A DNA stretch of 58,913 nucleotides, counting the filler, from Sphacelaria rigidula (taxonomy: Eukaryota), in assembly GCA_964200075.2 (NCBI GenBank). It is 7 parts of 7 records of this genome, joined end to end, with 100 filler letters (N's around TTAATTAATTAA, not from the genome) between each part and the next. Parts side by side here need not be neighbours in the genome. Positions count along the whole stretch, not along the records: positions 16,864 to 25,194 come from CAXNAA020011500.1; positions 25,295 to 33,625 come from CAXNAA020011501.1; positions 33,726 to 42,055 come from CAXNAA020011502.1; 4 more parts are not named here. One strand, 5' to 3'. The first letter of the stretch is position 1. Each line of letters begins with the position of its first letter. Positions 22,191 to 35,542 of this stretch are shown here, piece after piece. The translations under genes were made by a program, and so were the position numbers. The notes beneath the pieces are model-generated. The model was not told the origin of the DNA and ran no database searches. It was given only the letters and a program-made list of their open reading frames with translations.

Positions 22191-24989
22191 TCATTCAGAC
22201 CGTAGATATGTCCGAGTCGAACCAATTGAGACGCGTATCGGGGGTTGGGGGGCGTTCGAGTGACTGCGGCAGAGTCAAGATTCTCAAATCCCCTGGTATG
22301 TTGAAGCGACTCGCCAACGTTAGTTTGAAGAAGGCATCCTTGGATCCGTTTTTCCGCTAGATTTCGTAGCGCCCGTCACCGGTTGCGGGTCGAAGTTGGC
22401 CACGAGATCGTGATGGATTCGCATGTCCTGTTCGTAGTCGGTTTAACTTGTGTTGTCCTGTTGTGTCCATACTTGTGTTGAAGGTCTCTGTTGGTCGTAC
22501 GTCAGTTGGGAGGTGATTACGATAGGTGCCTCGGCAACTGGAAATTAGTCAATAGCCATTGCCTCCTTTTCGTTCCGTAGCCCTTCTGTCTCCTGCCCAC
22601 TCCTCGATTCCCTGGAAAGGGCCTCTCCTCCCATTTAGTGTATCTCCTTGCAGATATAACCACCCACCTCGCTCTCTTGTTTCAGCGCCATTTTCTCACA
22701 GTGTCGGCGACGTGACACATCACGGCCGACTGGCGCACGAAAAAGATATGGAAGCCTCCATTTTCCAGGGCGTGGGATTTGCGCGATACACTGCCGCCGT
22801 CCTTCCCCGACCGTCATCGCGTGGTATTCTGGGCGATTTTTGAGACGAGAAACCTACTCGAATGAAATTCTGTCCTTGCGTTTTGTTTTGTGTGAGAACG
22901 CCTTGGAACTTATCTATTGATAGTCCTTTTGGAGTGTTCCCAGGGCGCGTTGAGGATTTGAACGAATCGGTCTATGCATACTCTCGTGAGTTCCTTGTGT
23001 CAAATCGTTATTGTAGGTCATGAGTTATGTTTTTCCCGTCAAATTTTCCGGTCAGCCTACAACTCATCACCCGAGGGTGGTGGACGTACTGCGGTATAGT
23101 ACAAAAGGTGCAGGTACGGTGCCGAAGAGGGTAACTACTGAGGGAGCTGTTCATGGGGTCATACTCCAACGCACCGGTGATATGTAGCTTGACCGGCGAT
23201 ATGCTGTTGTCGTTTATCTGCTCGCTTCGAGAATTCCACTGTTGATTGCTTTGTCGAGTGCTCTTTGGCGTACTTAGTCAGGGCCTGGCTACCCTCTGTT
23301 GCCCGTGAGAATTGTTGCACACGTCGGACACGACATGATCCGTCTTGAGCAGATCCGGATCGTGATCCGGATGACCCCCCTTTCCCCGTTTGCTCCTTAC
23401 AGCGCTGGACGCTGAGCACGCCGAGTAGTGCCAATGCTGCGCTTTGGTGTCTCTGACTCCGCGGTCACATATTTTGTGTTTTGGGACCAACGGACTCGAT
23501 AGTCTTCTTTGATGAGTTGTTCCAGACAAATCGTGATCCATCCGACGTGTGAAATGTTGTATGCCAAGTAGCTTCTTGATCGGGGCGTTTGCTTGTCGTA
23601 CCGCTGTGGAAGCCTCTTCCACTTTCCATTTTTCATCGGTGGGCCTGTCGACTGCACTATTTTACGCTGTCACGTGAAATGTACTGTAGTGTTTTTTTCG
23701 AGTTTGCGAGTTCCGTCCGTCTGGCCGTGGCTGATGTTTTCGTTGTGAAAGATTGGCGGTCTGACTTTCGGTTCAGCACCGTCCAAATATTTGTCTTCGA
23801 GATTTGTGACCATGTTTATGATTGTATTCCAAGCGTATCTCGAACGTTCATGTTTTTGTGCTTCTTCTGGCTTGGGCGAACGCCATACATCGTAAGTCCC
23901 CCCTCGTGGTCTTCACTCGCCGCCATTGGTCGTGACATCTGTTTCAGTAGTGTACGGGTGAACAGAGACAGGAATTTTCCAGGTAAACTTTCGGATCTGC
24001 AAGTTCCTCGATTGTGTCTATTTGCTGGTTCCTCTCCGTAGGAATAAAGATCGGTGTTCAAGCCTTGTATGACTGCACCATCTGTGAATTCTCCTGTTTG
24101 TTTTAGCTCAAAGTGGTCGTCCCTTACCGTAAGTCGTGAGCGTAACGCACGTGTCCGTCCCGTTTGTTGCTGTTGTGACCCAAGTCGTAAGCGTAAGGCA
24201 AGTGTGCGTCTCGCTTGTTGCTGTTCAGCTGTTGTAGTGTTGACTCCTAGTTTTTTTCAAGATTTGAATGCCATCAAACATGGGGGCGGGGGGCACCTTC
24301 TTCAGGAGCACCCAAACATTGTAAGTCAAATTAAAACTAATCACTGTGGCGGAGATGATTTCCAAGTGATTTACCGTCGCGTTGTAAGGGTGAACGAGAC
24401 TCGGGCACATTTATCACTCCAATTTCACGAAGTGAACTTGGTTTCTGCTGCGAACAGTGTTGAATAGAAGTGTATGATGACCGATATCTGTAGGATGAGA
24501 TTCTGAAAATCAAGAATCCCCATATCTCCCGCAAAACAAAACGACGGTCACCAATTTTCCTTCGGTGCATTTGTGGTACCAGCAACGAGCACGTCACAAA
24601 AAATTGAGAAGATTTGCCTAATTCTCAGGGTCCCAAAGCCAAAACTGTACTTTCGACATATCCGTGCAAACGCGTGTAGGTGGAAATGTCCGAAAACTGT
24701 TTTTTGCCCTAGTATCCTCAATATTTCGTGAAACCCCTAAATTTTCTGCGAAGAACCCGCAGTTGGTATCACGAATGTACCGAAAAATATTGGGGGACTT
24801 CGTTCCGTTTTGCCGAAGATATGGCGATTCCTAATTTTCAGTATCTCATCCTGCAGATATCGTCCATCCTACACTTGTATCTCACACTGTGGGTAAAAGT
24901 TCGACTAACATTTTTTTTGCGACTGGGTAGTGGCAACATTTTTTTGCTGGGTTTTCCCAGGGTACTCCTCGGGAACGGTTTTTGAGGCG

Positions 24990-25194
24990 GTACTAGACGG
25001 GCGGTACCGCAATATGACGGGAATTTTTAGGCGGTGGGCGGTTTCTCGTTCTTTTACGGTAACGCCGAATCCGGCGGTAATTTATTCGGCGGTTCGCAAT
25101 ATGACGGTAGTTTATTCGGCGGGCCGCAATATGACGCTACCGCCTTCGGCGGTTGACGGTACTACAAATTATGACGGTAATTTTTCGGCGGCTC
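24990..25194. repeat. Array of short motifs (cgcaatatgacg x3, ggcggt), probable DNA-transposon subterminal region, cut by the contig end
   Basis: Direct inspection. Confidence 0.5.
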
Positions 25195-25294
25195 NNNNNN
25201 NNNNNNNNNNNNNNNNNNNNNNNNNNNNNNNNNNNNNNTTAATTAATTAANNNNNNNNNNNNNNNNNNNNNNNNNNNNNNNNNNNNNNNNNNNN
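25195..25294. other. Artificial contig linker
   Basis: N44-TTAATTAATTAA-N44. Confidence 0.98.
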
Positions 25295-28210
25295 TCCTTC
25301 CTATTTTGCTTGTATCACTACTACCCTTCGCTCTTTGTAGCTCTATCCATTGTTGGTCAGCTTTCTCGGAGGTCGTGAGCGGTGCTGTGTTTACTTCTTT
25401 TTCCCCAATTTTGAAAACCGATCCAGGATCCAGCCCATTCAACTTTGAATCCTGGGCACTCACTACCAAACCCATGTGTTCCTCCCTGGTTGGGCTTTTG
25501 AAATTTCTCGGCCAAACGCCACTAGCTCCAATGAAGTAAACATCCATGTTTCGAGGGTCTGTGATTTGGGCATCCCCAGAAATATCATTTTCGTTCGGTG
25601 GCTATGGTAGACGCGACAACATATCGGCATTTGCGTTAACACGCCCTGGCTTGTACTCGATTTCGTACGTGTACGCACTGAGGAAGTCGTGCCAACGCTG
25701 AACTCGCGGAACCTTTTCTGCGAGACTCAGTAGATTTCTCAACGGTTGATGATCCGTGTAAATCTCGAACGGCACGCCATAGAAAAGTGGCCTGTTCTTT
25801 TTTATGGCCCATACAATAGCCGCTGCTTCTAGTTCAGACACACTCCAATTCCTTTCGTTGGGGAGTGTTCCTCTACTTAAAAAACCAGAGGACGAACCGT
25901 ATTGTCCTCTTGACGTTGTTCCACCACCGCGCCTAAACCATCCAGTGAAGCATCCGTGGTGAGCATAAATGATCGTTTCCCCGAAACTGCGCCGTCATAA
26001 TTTGGAAATGCTAGAACATTTGTACTTGTCAAGGATGATAACATTGCCTTGACTACAGCTTCATGTTCCTGGGTAAAATCAAAACGAACCCCCTTCTTGA
26101 ACAACTGCGTTAGAGGTTTGAGTCTTGCAGCCATACGCGGAATAAATTTTCGGTAGTACCCCAACCCTCCCAACAATGATCTGAGCTGAGATACATCCTT
26201 TGGCATTGGCATTTTTGTCAGAGTCCGTACCTTCTCCTGATCCGGGGAAATCCCATCAGCCGAGATGTGATGTCCTAAATATTTCGTTTCTCTTGTTCCT
26301 ACGTGTGCCTTGTTCGGTGCTAACTTGAGATTGTACTTGGTAAGTCGTTGAAAAAGACCTTCCAGATCCTCTACATGTTGTCCTCCTGTTCCACTGAACG
26401 TACACACATCGTCAATGTATAGGCGACATCGTGCCAACCCATCACATATTCTTGTCATGATAGACTGGAACCAACCTGGACTTCCGCGACATCCCATAGG
26501 CATGACCAACCATTCATACAGAACACTTTGCGTGCAAATCGCCGTCAGAGGAATGGAGTCCTGGTGTACAGCTACGTGAAGTATCCGGAGGTGATGTCCA
26601 AACATGAAAATATTTTGGCACCCCCCAGTTCATCCAGGAGTTCCTCAATTATTGGAATTGGTGACACCGGAATTATTGTACGATCATTAAGCTTCTTGTA
26701 GTTGCATGTAAGTCGAACGGACCCATCCGCTTTGTTCACCACTACTAGCGGACTACTCCAATTTGAATATGACCTCCTCAAAATGCCTGCAACCAACATG
26801 CGATCGATTTCCACTTGTACTTTCTTTTGGACCGCCGGGTAATTATGCCGATACGGGCGCTGTTTTACAGGCCTCGTTCCCGGTTTGAGTTCAATCCTAA
26901 ACGGATCCACCATGCAATACCCCAAATCCATCTTGTCCTTTGAAAATCTATGTGAATATTTGCACAAGAGTTCCCCCAATTTTTTTGATGTCCTTAACCT
27001 TCCAGTGCGCAGCTTCCAACCCAAACTTCATTTTTCGCAAATGTGTGGGAAGTTTCACCCACATATCTTTAAACGCTTGTTGTTGATCACCGTCCAAGCC
27101 TGCTAAAACTGGAGGTTCTTCTAACTGCTGGTCTACTGCGAATACTTCCTCGGGTTCCGGCTCCGTTGTTTTTGAGATCTTCACTTCCTCCAAAGAGCAT
27201 GGCACTAAAGGTGCTCCAGCGAAACCTAGAGTGGTGTTCGGGGACAACCTCTGTCCTTCCAAACCGGTATATTGGAGAGGGATGATAGAGTCACCTGCGT
27301 CTATAATAATCTCATGGGGAGACCAATCTGGCTCCAGAGTTACATAGTAAGAGCCACTCTCAGACGGTGTTCCATCCATGTAACAGAGTTTGACAGGGAC
27401 CCATGACAATATATCTGGTCGCATCATCTCCTGAGATCCGTTGTAAACTACTGTAACTTGATTGAGCTGCCGACGACTTTGGTTCCACGAAGCCAACAGT
27501 ACTGCGGACTTGTTCCGCAAACGCACGATCAACTGAGTCGATGTTATGTCCTTGCAAGGTCATGATTGTCTCTCGTTGGTTTACATCACGATACGTTCTG
27601 ACCGGGAATAAACCTAGGCCATCACGTCGTACTAAAACGTCATAGTTCATAGTTCCGTCCGGTACTACATGAGCGTAAATTGCCGAACATGCGCGTCCGG
27701 TTTGAACCGATATTTTTGGGTTGAGTCTTCTAGGCCACAATCGAATATTCAACCGCACCTGTGAAGACGTGCACAACGGAACACTATTGAAACCACCCCA
27801 GGATACAGGGTCTATTTCCCGGGTACCTTCAATGGTAGCCGCCCCAACATCAACCATTTTTTCCATATTTTGTAATGAATAAACGTCGCAGGACTCCCCG
27901 TGTCTATCAAAGCTTTTACCTCTAAAGTTCTAGTTGCCTTCCGGCCTGAGAAAATTTGTGCCCGGGTTGAACTTTCTTTACGGTTTAAACTCACTTCTCC
28001 TCCCATCACTTGCTGGATTTCTTCCAAGTAGGGTCCTTTCCTCCCTCGCGCAACCTGGCTAGATAATGTCGCTGGCACGCGTGGCAGAAACTGGTTCTGT
28101 AGGCAAACGACTGCCAGTTTTCGGGTCCAGCCAAGGTCCAGCGCGTAAATACTTTCCCCCGGTGTCCTACTTGGGCCGCTACCATTTTCTACAACTACAC
28201 TACGCACGAC
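25295..28210 (-). mobile_element. Ty3/gypsy LTR retrotransposon pol, frameshifted (protease-RT-RNase H); the integrase region would lie beyond the contig edge
   Basis: ALIDTGS protease; WSSPLVVVNK, CLDITSGY, MPMGCRGSP and YIDD RT motifs; TDASLDGLG, ELEAAAI, YTDHQPL and NADMLSR RNase H motifs; frame breaks near 26575 and 25877. Confidence 0.95.
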
Positions 28211-30024
28211 GCAACACGAAGATTCATCACTATCTTGTCGACATGAAGTATCTTGGGATGCCTTTGTTCATGTGAACAGGTACACTGAGTGAACATGCAC
28301 ACGTGCGGATATAATTACGCGGACGTTCGGGTACTGGTAGTCGAATGTGTGTGACTACAGTATCCCGATCATGGCAGCTGGGTAGCTGCCATGAGCGATC
28401 ACTCTCTCACTCAGCATCTGCTCCCTCAGTCATAGGGTCAACTCAGTCTAGGCACTCTCCAATAATACAAAAGACAAAACTATCTATCCTTCGCCACGGG
28501 CCACGGAATACCTATCGCCCTTGCAATCACTCTCCCAAGCTGACCAAGCTTATCCAGCTCTTCTTCATTTTCCCGGCACTCTGCTTGCAAAAGAGGCTGC
28601 CTTGATTTTGTTCAGCCGAAGTGAAGAGCCCCAAACACCATTTTTGTCTTTGGGCTTTCTGTCTGCTGCAGACGCAAGTGGTTTGACTACCACTGTGCAA
28701 CCTCTGCTATACTACCGGATTGTATAGTTTTCGAGAATAGGACCAAACTCCACGAGCCACAAAATATTTCCAACATGGTTGTAAACTACCTGATCTACGT
28801 GCGGTTACCAACTACTTGAATTAACTTTGGTAATGAACTACTTGATTTTAGTTTACAGTTTGAGCAACATTCATTTGATGATTCCATGGACAAAAGAGCA
28901 AGGCCAAACAGTAACAACACGTGCCTGTCCTTCTACTTAGATGCTAGCGTGGACGTTTGAGGCATGCGAGAAGACGGTTCCCTTGTGATTTTCGGAGGCC
29001 TCTGTAGTCTAAGTAGGTGATGGTGCGGGTGGCGTTTCCAGATAGGGTCTCCAGCTTAGCTTATTTACTATAGTGGACAGTGCACGAAAGTGTTTGGATA
29101 TTGCTCGCGGAGTGAAGTGTACCGTACTGCTGTTGTAGTCTTCCTGCTTTGTCAATCAGCGTCTCCCTACGACTGACACAATTATGCAGCAATTTACACC
29201 AAGGCTCGCAAGCTCCATACCGTTGTCGACGGCGATTACAATATTCGACAGTGACCGTGGGTCAGACAAGAAAATTTCGGTCCGGGTGCGGCAACCACAA
29301 TCTTCACAGTCAGCGCAAGAAGACTGCCACGCAAATGTCGAGAAACATGATTGCTGCTTGCGCCTGCAAAGATGAACAAGAGTGCAAGATGGGTTGCAAC
29401 CACGTGGCACAAGTCCCCAGCAAAAAAAAAACCTACGGCATTCGTCGAAAGTGATCTGGGTCATCAGCAGGATACCCCCCCCCCCACTGCCCACTCCCGT
29501 TTTTTCATCGCGCACATACACTGTTGTACATGTCACTTTCCAATCATTAATGCACGAGGGAGTTTGGCACCTCAAGACCTCGGCTCGAAATCAATTGAAA
29601 AAACCAATTGAAAATAAATTTACTTGTTTTTATTGCAAAAACTCGGGCCCAGAAGGGGGGTTCGTAGGGGGGTGGGGGTAGGTCATTTCTAATCTTGATG
29701 TACCCCTGGGCGAGAGGTATATAAAGCTTCCCCCCAACATAGCGGTTGGGCCGTGTGCCGCCATCGGGTGGTGTCTAACTAGCAGGCGCTGGTCGGGGAG
29801 ATGATGCACAACAAAGGCGATGGTCCGAGGAATCGGGATTTGGGATAATTATTTCTCAAGAATTTAAAGAAGTCAAAACATTGAACACCAGTGTTTCATA
29901 TACTCGTAGTGGCCCCGCGTGTGTATTAGTACAATCCGGGGTAAATCGCTAAGGGGGCAGGGTGTTCAGGAAGCGAAAATATGCGGTTCGAGTCTCGCCG
30001 TGATCGATTGTGAAACGAACGAGT

Positions 30025-30207
30025 TTGACATGTGAACAGTAAGGCTTGCGAGGGGCAAGGGGCCCCGGAGATCACTGATATGTCATGCCGGGACGGAACA
30101 CACGGCGTATATCTTGTGTTCAGGAAGCGAACAGTTACCCATTGAACCAGGGAGCGCTCACCATATACATATCTAGTTCAATGAGTAAACCGTTTGCTTC
30201 CTGAACA
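30025..30207. repeat. Second, inverted copy of the palindrome-ended element
   Basis: Hairpin 30117-30207 (tgttcaggaagcgaacag...gcttcctgaaca) plus a flank homologous to 5620-5710; an extra arm copy starts at 29963. Confidence 0.75.
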
Positions 30208-31858
30208 AAGGGTATACTCCCTTTAATGTACAGTATGCACCACGGATCTGCGAGCTGCTGATGCGACCCTCTGCACAACACACGAGCCTCCGTCACAGCA
30301 GTATGTGTAGCCGTTCGCGTGGAACAGGAGTGGGCAAGGGCAGCAGGTTGAAATCCGACAGCGCAGCGATCACAAACAAAATGACGGCACACCTCCGTGT
30401 TTCCATCAATTACCCCCTTGACACGGAAACGTTTCGGTGCACCAGAACAGTAGTATGAATTAAACCGGGACAAGTACAGTCAGTAGCGAAAATATTGAAA
30501 ATTTCAAAATCGACTGCTGGTCCGGACAGCTCGGTACACCGCAACCAGTACAGTTGCGGAACAATAGAATAGTAGTTGATCACCAGCCGGGGATCACAAC
30601 CATCCCCCATTTAGAAGGGGGGCGTTGATAGAACTGCACCCCCTATGGGACCATAATCGTAGATCGTGCCGTCAGGCTGCACATGGGACTGCAATTCACC
30701 AAGTACTGCACATGACCGACCTCTCTCCGGCAAGGCTGCGCTCTGGGCATTGATCCGAAACTGTTGTGACAAACAACGTCAACAGGTCATCGCCCTCAGT
30801 AATTAACATGTATGAACAAAGCAAGCTTCAGCGTACACGTATGTGTATTCCACACGCGCGCAGACAGCGCAGCACGGAATATGCTGTACCTCTATCGAGA
30901 TCATATAGACACAATGAGATCATGATGAGATGTGCCTTCGCGTTCCTGTTGTCGAGGCGCGATTGTCGCTGCCCGAAAGTCGCTGTGGGGACCGAAAAAG
31001 TGTATACATACAGCACATGCGCCCCGGTGCATGTGTCAAGAGTGTTCTTGTTTGAACAGTCGACGAGAAACATTACTTCTCGTCGGTTGTCCTTCCGCTG
31101 TTATATACTGTACTGCATCTTAAAGAACTCACCTCTGCTCGTAAATAGTTCTGATGGCACCCCTCCGGACACCCGCAAACTATTGCTCCTGATTCTGTCT
31201 GACTGAGCTACCCAAGCCAAGAGAGAAGAAGAAAAGATTTGTACGAGTTGGCGATGTGCGCCCCGGTGCCATTGTTCTTTCCATCGGGTGTTTGAAGGAG
31301 TGCGTGGGTAGACGGGGAATGTAGACGGGGAATATGGCCGAAGACAACCCGCCCGAGAAAAGGGGAGAAAATGAGGAGAAGGAAAGAGTAAATTGAGATT
31401 AGACGCAAAGGATCTGGAAAGGAGCGGGGTGCAGTCAGCATGTATAATAGTTGGATTTGCGGTGTGGCAATCGAGACTGATTATTGTCAGATAATCTGGT
31501 AACCATCTTGCAAGTATATCCGAATTATTCTTGCAGTAAGCTCTTGCATGCTTGACCAGGGAGAGATCGGTTCTTCACTGCACTGTGATATATACAGGAG
31601 CAACTGCATATACGACTTCAGTACCGGCGTGATCATGTGTTGTTGTTGACCCATCTGAGAACATAGTGTGGCGTGGCTGTGTATTACTCAACACACGCGC
31701 AGAGGTTTGCACAAAGGCTGCAAGGCTGCATTGCCTCCGGGCCCAGCACGGGACAACCTTTTCATGGCAAATTAGTTTGATCGCGTGAAAATTGAATGAC
31801 GTAAACCTCCTGTCATTTTCTGGTTCAGAAAGGGTGAAAAAGTAGCACAGTGCCACTA

Positions 31859-32307
31859 CAGATTTTCGGTTCACGGATTGTTTACTTTTGAAACATTTGA
31901 CCCACTTTTTGACCCCCAGACGGGGAAAACCGCCAACCCATGTCTTGGACACTTTGCATCACCCCGCCGAGAGGAGCCTAGCCCACTTTTCAGATTAACT
32001 TGGCCCCGAGGTTTCGAGGGTGGCCGCTGAACAATAATCCGTGTGCAATAAAATTTACGGCGATCTCCACAGATCATTGGGCAAACTGCCGCATGTTGGC
32101 AAGCACAGATTATTGCACACGAATTATTGTTCAGCGGCCAATCTCGAAAACCTCGGAGCGAAGCGAATCTGAAAAGTAGGCTAGGCTGCTTCTGTAGGGT
32201 GATGCAAATTGTCCGAGTTGTGTGTTGGCGGTTTTCTCGGTTTGGGGGTTAAAAAGTGGGTCAAACGTCTCAAAAGAGAACAATCCGTGAGCCAAAAATA
32301 AAATCTG
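31859..32307. mobile_element. Foldback/MITE element with about 190-bp imperfect inverted arms
   Basis: 31859-32051 is the imperfect reverse complement of 32110-32307; a related single arm lies at about 33310-33450. Confidence 0.8.
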
Positions 32308-32323
32308 TTTGCCATATAAATTG

Positions 32324-33010
32324 CCGGTCGCCCCGGTGGCTCAGTTAGGAACCTCTGGACCGTATCTGCCGGTTGGGTCGTGGGTTCAATTCTCGGAGCG
32401 ATCTGGGACTTTTCCCCACACCATGCCCAGCAGTGGAGGGCGACTATGTCGTGGGTACACGAAATTCGACTTCACGGTTGACGAGGGAAAGGGACTGCTG
32501 CACCCCTCTCGCGATAAAAAATAAAGGTAAGCACCGCAGAAGGAAAGTGGGGTACTAAAATAAACAAAAAAAAAGCCCCTGTGTTGACCTTCCTCCAGTA
32601 ACAATGTTCAATGTTCTCGTGAGATTGAGAGTAAAGGATGCGATTGAGAGTGAAAAGCGCTCAAATAGTTGATGAGTAGTTTTAGTTCCGAAATGCCCCT
32701 CCACGAGGCTCGGTATCCTTCCTTCTGTAGTAGCTTGCCACTGAGGCCCTTGATATTCCTGAGTAGGATATCGACGTGTAGCTGTAAGCACCCGCCGGTG
32801 ATCGAGGTGGAGAAGAGGACACATGGAATAAAAAATTGACTGCGTTAGAGCGAATGATCAAAGCCACTCCCAATCATCGCTCCATTGTACTCTTAATCTC
32901 ACGAAAAGGTTTTTCTGTGTGACCCCGGCTGGTGGGCCCATATACACCGGAAGGTGTAGACCCCGGCGCCCAGAATACAGCAGATGGGACGACAATACAC
33001 ACACACACAC
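32324..33010 (+). mobile_element. tRNA-derived SINE split by a nested MITE (about 32597-32914)
   Basis: SINE sequence stops at gaccttcctcc (32596) and resumes at ctgtgtgaccccggctgg (32915); the insert has inverted ends tcgtgagattgagagta / tactcttaatctcacga. Confidence 0.85.
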
Positions 33011-33625
33011 ATGAAAGAGCCAGCATAGCCGAAAGTACGAGTAGTACCCCGAAGCAGCAGTGATGTGGTGCAGAACAAAAATGGGGAGGTATCTCTCGAC
33101 ATACTTCAATAATAGGAGTTCAGGAACGATCCATACCTTAAATCCTCAGTGACGACGTTAAAGATGGAGCAAGTAGGTGCTGTGCAAAGTTTCATTTCAA
33201 TTCCTCTTGGTGGTGGTGATGGTGATATTTTCTTCCCTCTAATATGTGTTTGCCTATTAGGCCGTTTCTTCCGGTTCGTCTTCTGTTTGGCTCGTATTTT
33301 CCACTTTTAGGACATTTGACGAGGTTTTTGACCCCAAAACAGGGAAAATCGCCACCACACGATTTATTTGTACACTTTGTATCACCCCACCGAGAGGAGC
33401 CTGGCCCACTTTTCCGATTCGCTTGGGTCAGAGATTTCAAGAGCGGCCTCTGGACAAAAACACGAGAGAGAAAATATCCACAGGCAGTGCGATATATGTT
33501 TTGTGCAGTTGCTTTCGAATTTTGTCACATTATGCACTCCCGCCCCCAACCCAGCTTGTGGGGGGTGGGTAGGGAAAACCTCATGAATCACCCGTTCAAA
33601 AACAGTGTGACTCCTCACGTATCCG

Positions 33626-33725
33626 NNNNNNNNNNNNNNNNNNNNNNNNNNNNNNNNNNNNNNNNNNNNTTAATTAATTAANNNNNNNNNNNNNNNNNNN
33701 NNNNNNNNNNNNNNNNNNNNNNNNN
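33626..33725. other. Artificial contig linker
   Basis: N44-TTAATTAATTAA-N44. Confidence 0.98.

Positions 33726-33796
<71 letters not shown>
33726..33796. repeat. Compound (CT)n(CA)n microsatellite
   Basis: Direct inspection. Confidence 0.95.
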
Positions 33797-33799
<3 letters not shown>

Positions 33800-34159
33800 C
33801 GTGCGCCTCGAGCTGGAAGGCGTAATTCGAACTTGGCGTCAAGATCTCCCCTTTCAGTTGGAAACTACTGTGCTGCTCTTGGCGTCATTCTTGAGGAATA
33901 TATTCCATGCCCTTTGTTGTGGTGGATAGCCGTAGTCCTGGGTCTAGCGCTGCTGCTGTTGCGCGTCTGCCACCCCGCCCCCCGTCACCCTGTCCTGTAG
34001 GGTGACATTCAAAATTCAAATATGTACTGTTCATTTTTCTCGATGTATTTTTCCCTCAAGGGATTCGACCGAACATGTGCGCTATTTGATCCGCCGTCCC
34101 CCCTGTCCAGCAGCTGGAAGTCAAAGCAAAACAACTACTTTCGTACTTTTTGGTATTAA

Positions 34160-34613
34160 TCCGCGGATACCCATACATTTTTCGCGGATAACCGTATCGG
34201 TTTCACGGATTAATGCGACGGTGCACCGCGGGGAATTGCCGCGGTCTGTGCGGATTGTTCCACGGAGGGGGGCAATCCCCTCCGTGAAAAAATCCATGCC
34301 ACGGATATCCGCTCCGCAATAATCCGTGACATTTTCATTGGCGGGTATCTGCCCCGTAAAAATCCGTGAGTTTTCCCACTGACGGATATCCGCTCCGCTC
34401 CGTACCATATAAGAAAAATCCGCACCGCACCGTGACATTTTCGTTGGCGGATATCCGCTCCGGAAAAATCCGGGACATTTTCAGTGGCGGATATCCGCAC
34501 CGTCATAATCCGTGATTTTGGACACATACGGATATCCGCTCCGCTCCGCTCCGTGAGGTTTCGAAAAAAAGAATGCGCACCGCGGAGCGGATTGTCCTCC
34601 GTACACATCCCTG
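34160..34613. mobile_element. Motif-rich element: five cggatatccgc(t/a)ccg units ending in an hAT-like terminus
   Basis: Units at 34302, 34383, 34448, 34488 and 34529; right end catccctg (reverse complement CAGGGATG, as in Ac/Ds TIRs); left end not resolved. Confidence 0.55.
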
Positions 34614-35004
34614 GAAAATACGAATACCGAACAAGGACAAGGATTGAAAAGTAACAAACGAACACAACAGAGAAAAAAAAGGACAAGCGGGACTGAGAAG
34701 AACTACTGTACTGCAACAGAAAATAACTTAAACTGATGAAATGCCTGGCCCCTGCAGCATGGCTTCTAGTGAAGAAAGGCCGTGCGCACCAAGCGCATGC
34801 TCCCATACACACAACAAAACGAATAGACCGTAGGAGCAGATCGTGGCTAAGCTATTTCGGATCATACTCTTTTGGCATGAGCTCGCACCCATGATCCCTA
34901 TACCGAAGCAAGGTACCAAACTGGTATACTGAGTAACACAGAGAAAAAAGAAATAGCGAGAGACAGAGTAAAAATCGGGACAGGAAGAAATAGAGAACAG
35001 ACAA

Positions 35005-35423
35005 GAACACGGGGTTTTATAAACTGGGGACGGAGTTTTTTCGGGGATGATAACCCAGAGAATTAAAATGTTCGTATCGACACCAAATCTTCGAAATATG
35101 GTTCCATTTCTTCACCTGCTGGTAGCTTTTGACAACTGCTACGCGTTTCGAGAACCGAAATGTCGGGGTTCTAGGTAAATAACTCATTTTGGGGGATTAG
35201 GTGATCCGATCTGACCCCAAAGTTGGTTTTCACCTGGGACCTCGACATTTCGGTTATCGAGATCCAAATTTGTATGGCGTGTAGTAGTTGTCAATAGCTA
35301 CCACGAAGTGAAGAAATGGAACCATGACTCGAAGATTTGGTGTGGATACGAAGATATCGATTTTCCGGGTTCTCATCCCCAACAAAAAAATCCATCCCCT
35401 ATTTGTACAACAATTCCATGTTC
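35005..35423. mobile_element. Foldback element (about 420-bp imperfect palindrome) inside a LINE 3' UTR
   Basis: Arms such as tggttccatttcttcac / gtgaagaaatggaacca and accgaaatgtcg / cgacatttcggt are symmetric about 35205. Confidence 0.8.
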
Positions 35424-35542
35424 AAGGAGGAAAGTAAGGAAGCGATGGAACCCAAGGACACAGTGAAGCATCAATAAAAGCACAACCTAGGGACGACCGA
35501 CAAGACAAGGGAGGATCGGCTCCGTTAATTCAGCTTCCACCA

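Noticed and set aside
29156-31680. Scattered minus-strand candidate exons (e.g. 31133-31207)
   Set aside because: One good acceptor/donor pair, but the frame is ambiguous and there is no homology cue
34302-34545. CRISPR-like repeat-spacer array
   Set aside because: Repeats are only about 16 bp, spacing is irregular (81, 65, 40, 41), the spacers resemble each other, the context is eukaryotic and there are no cas genes
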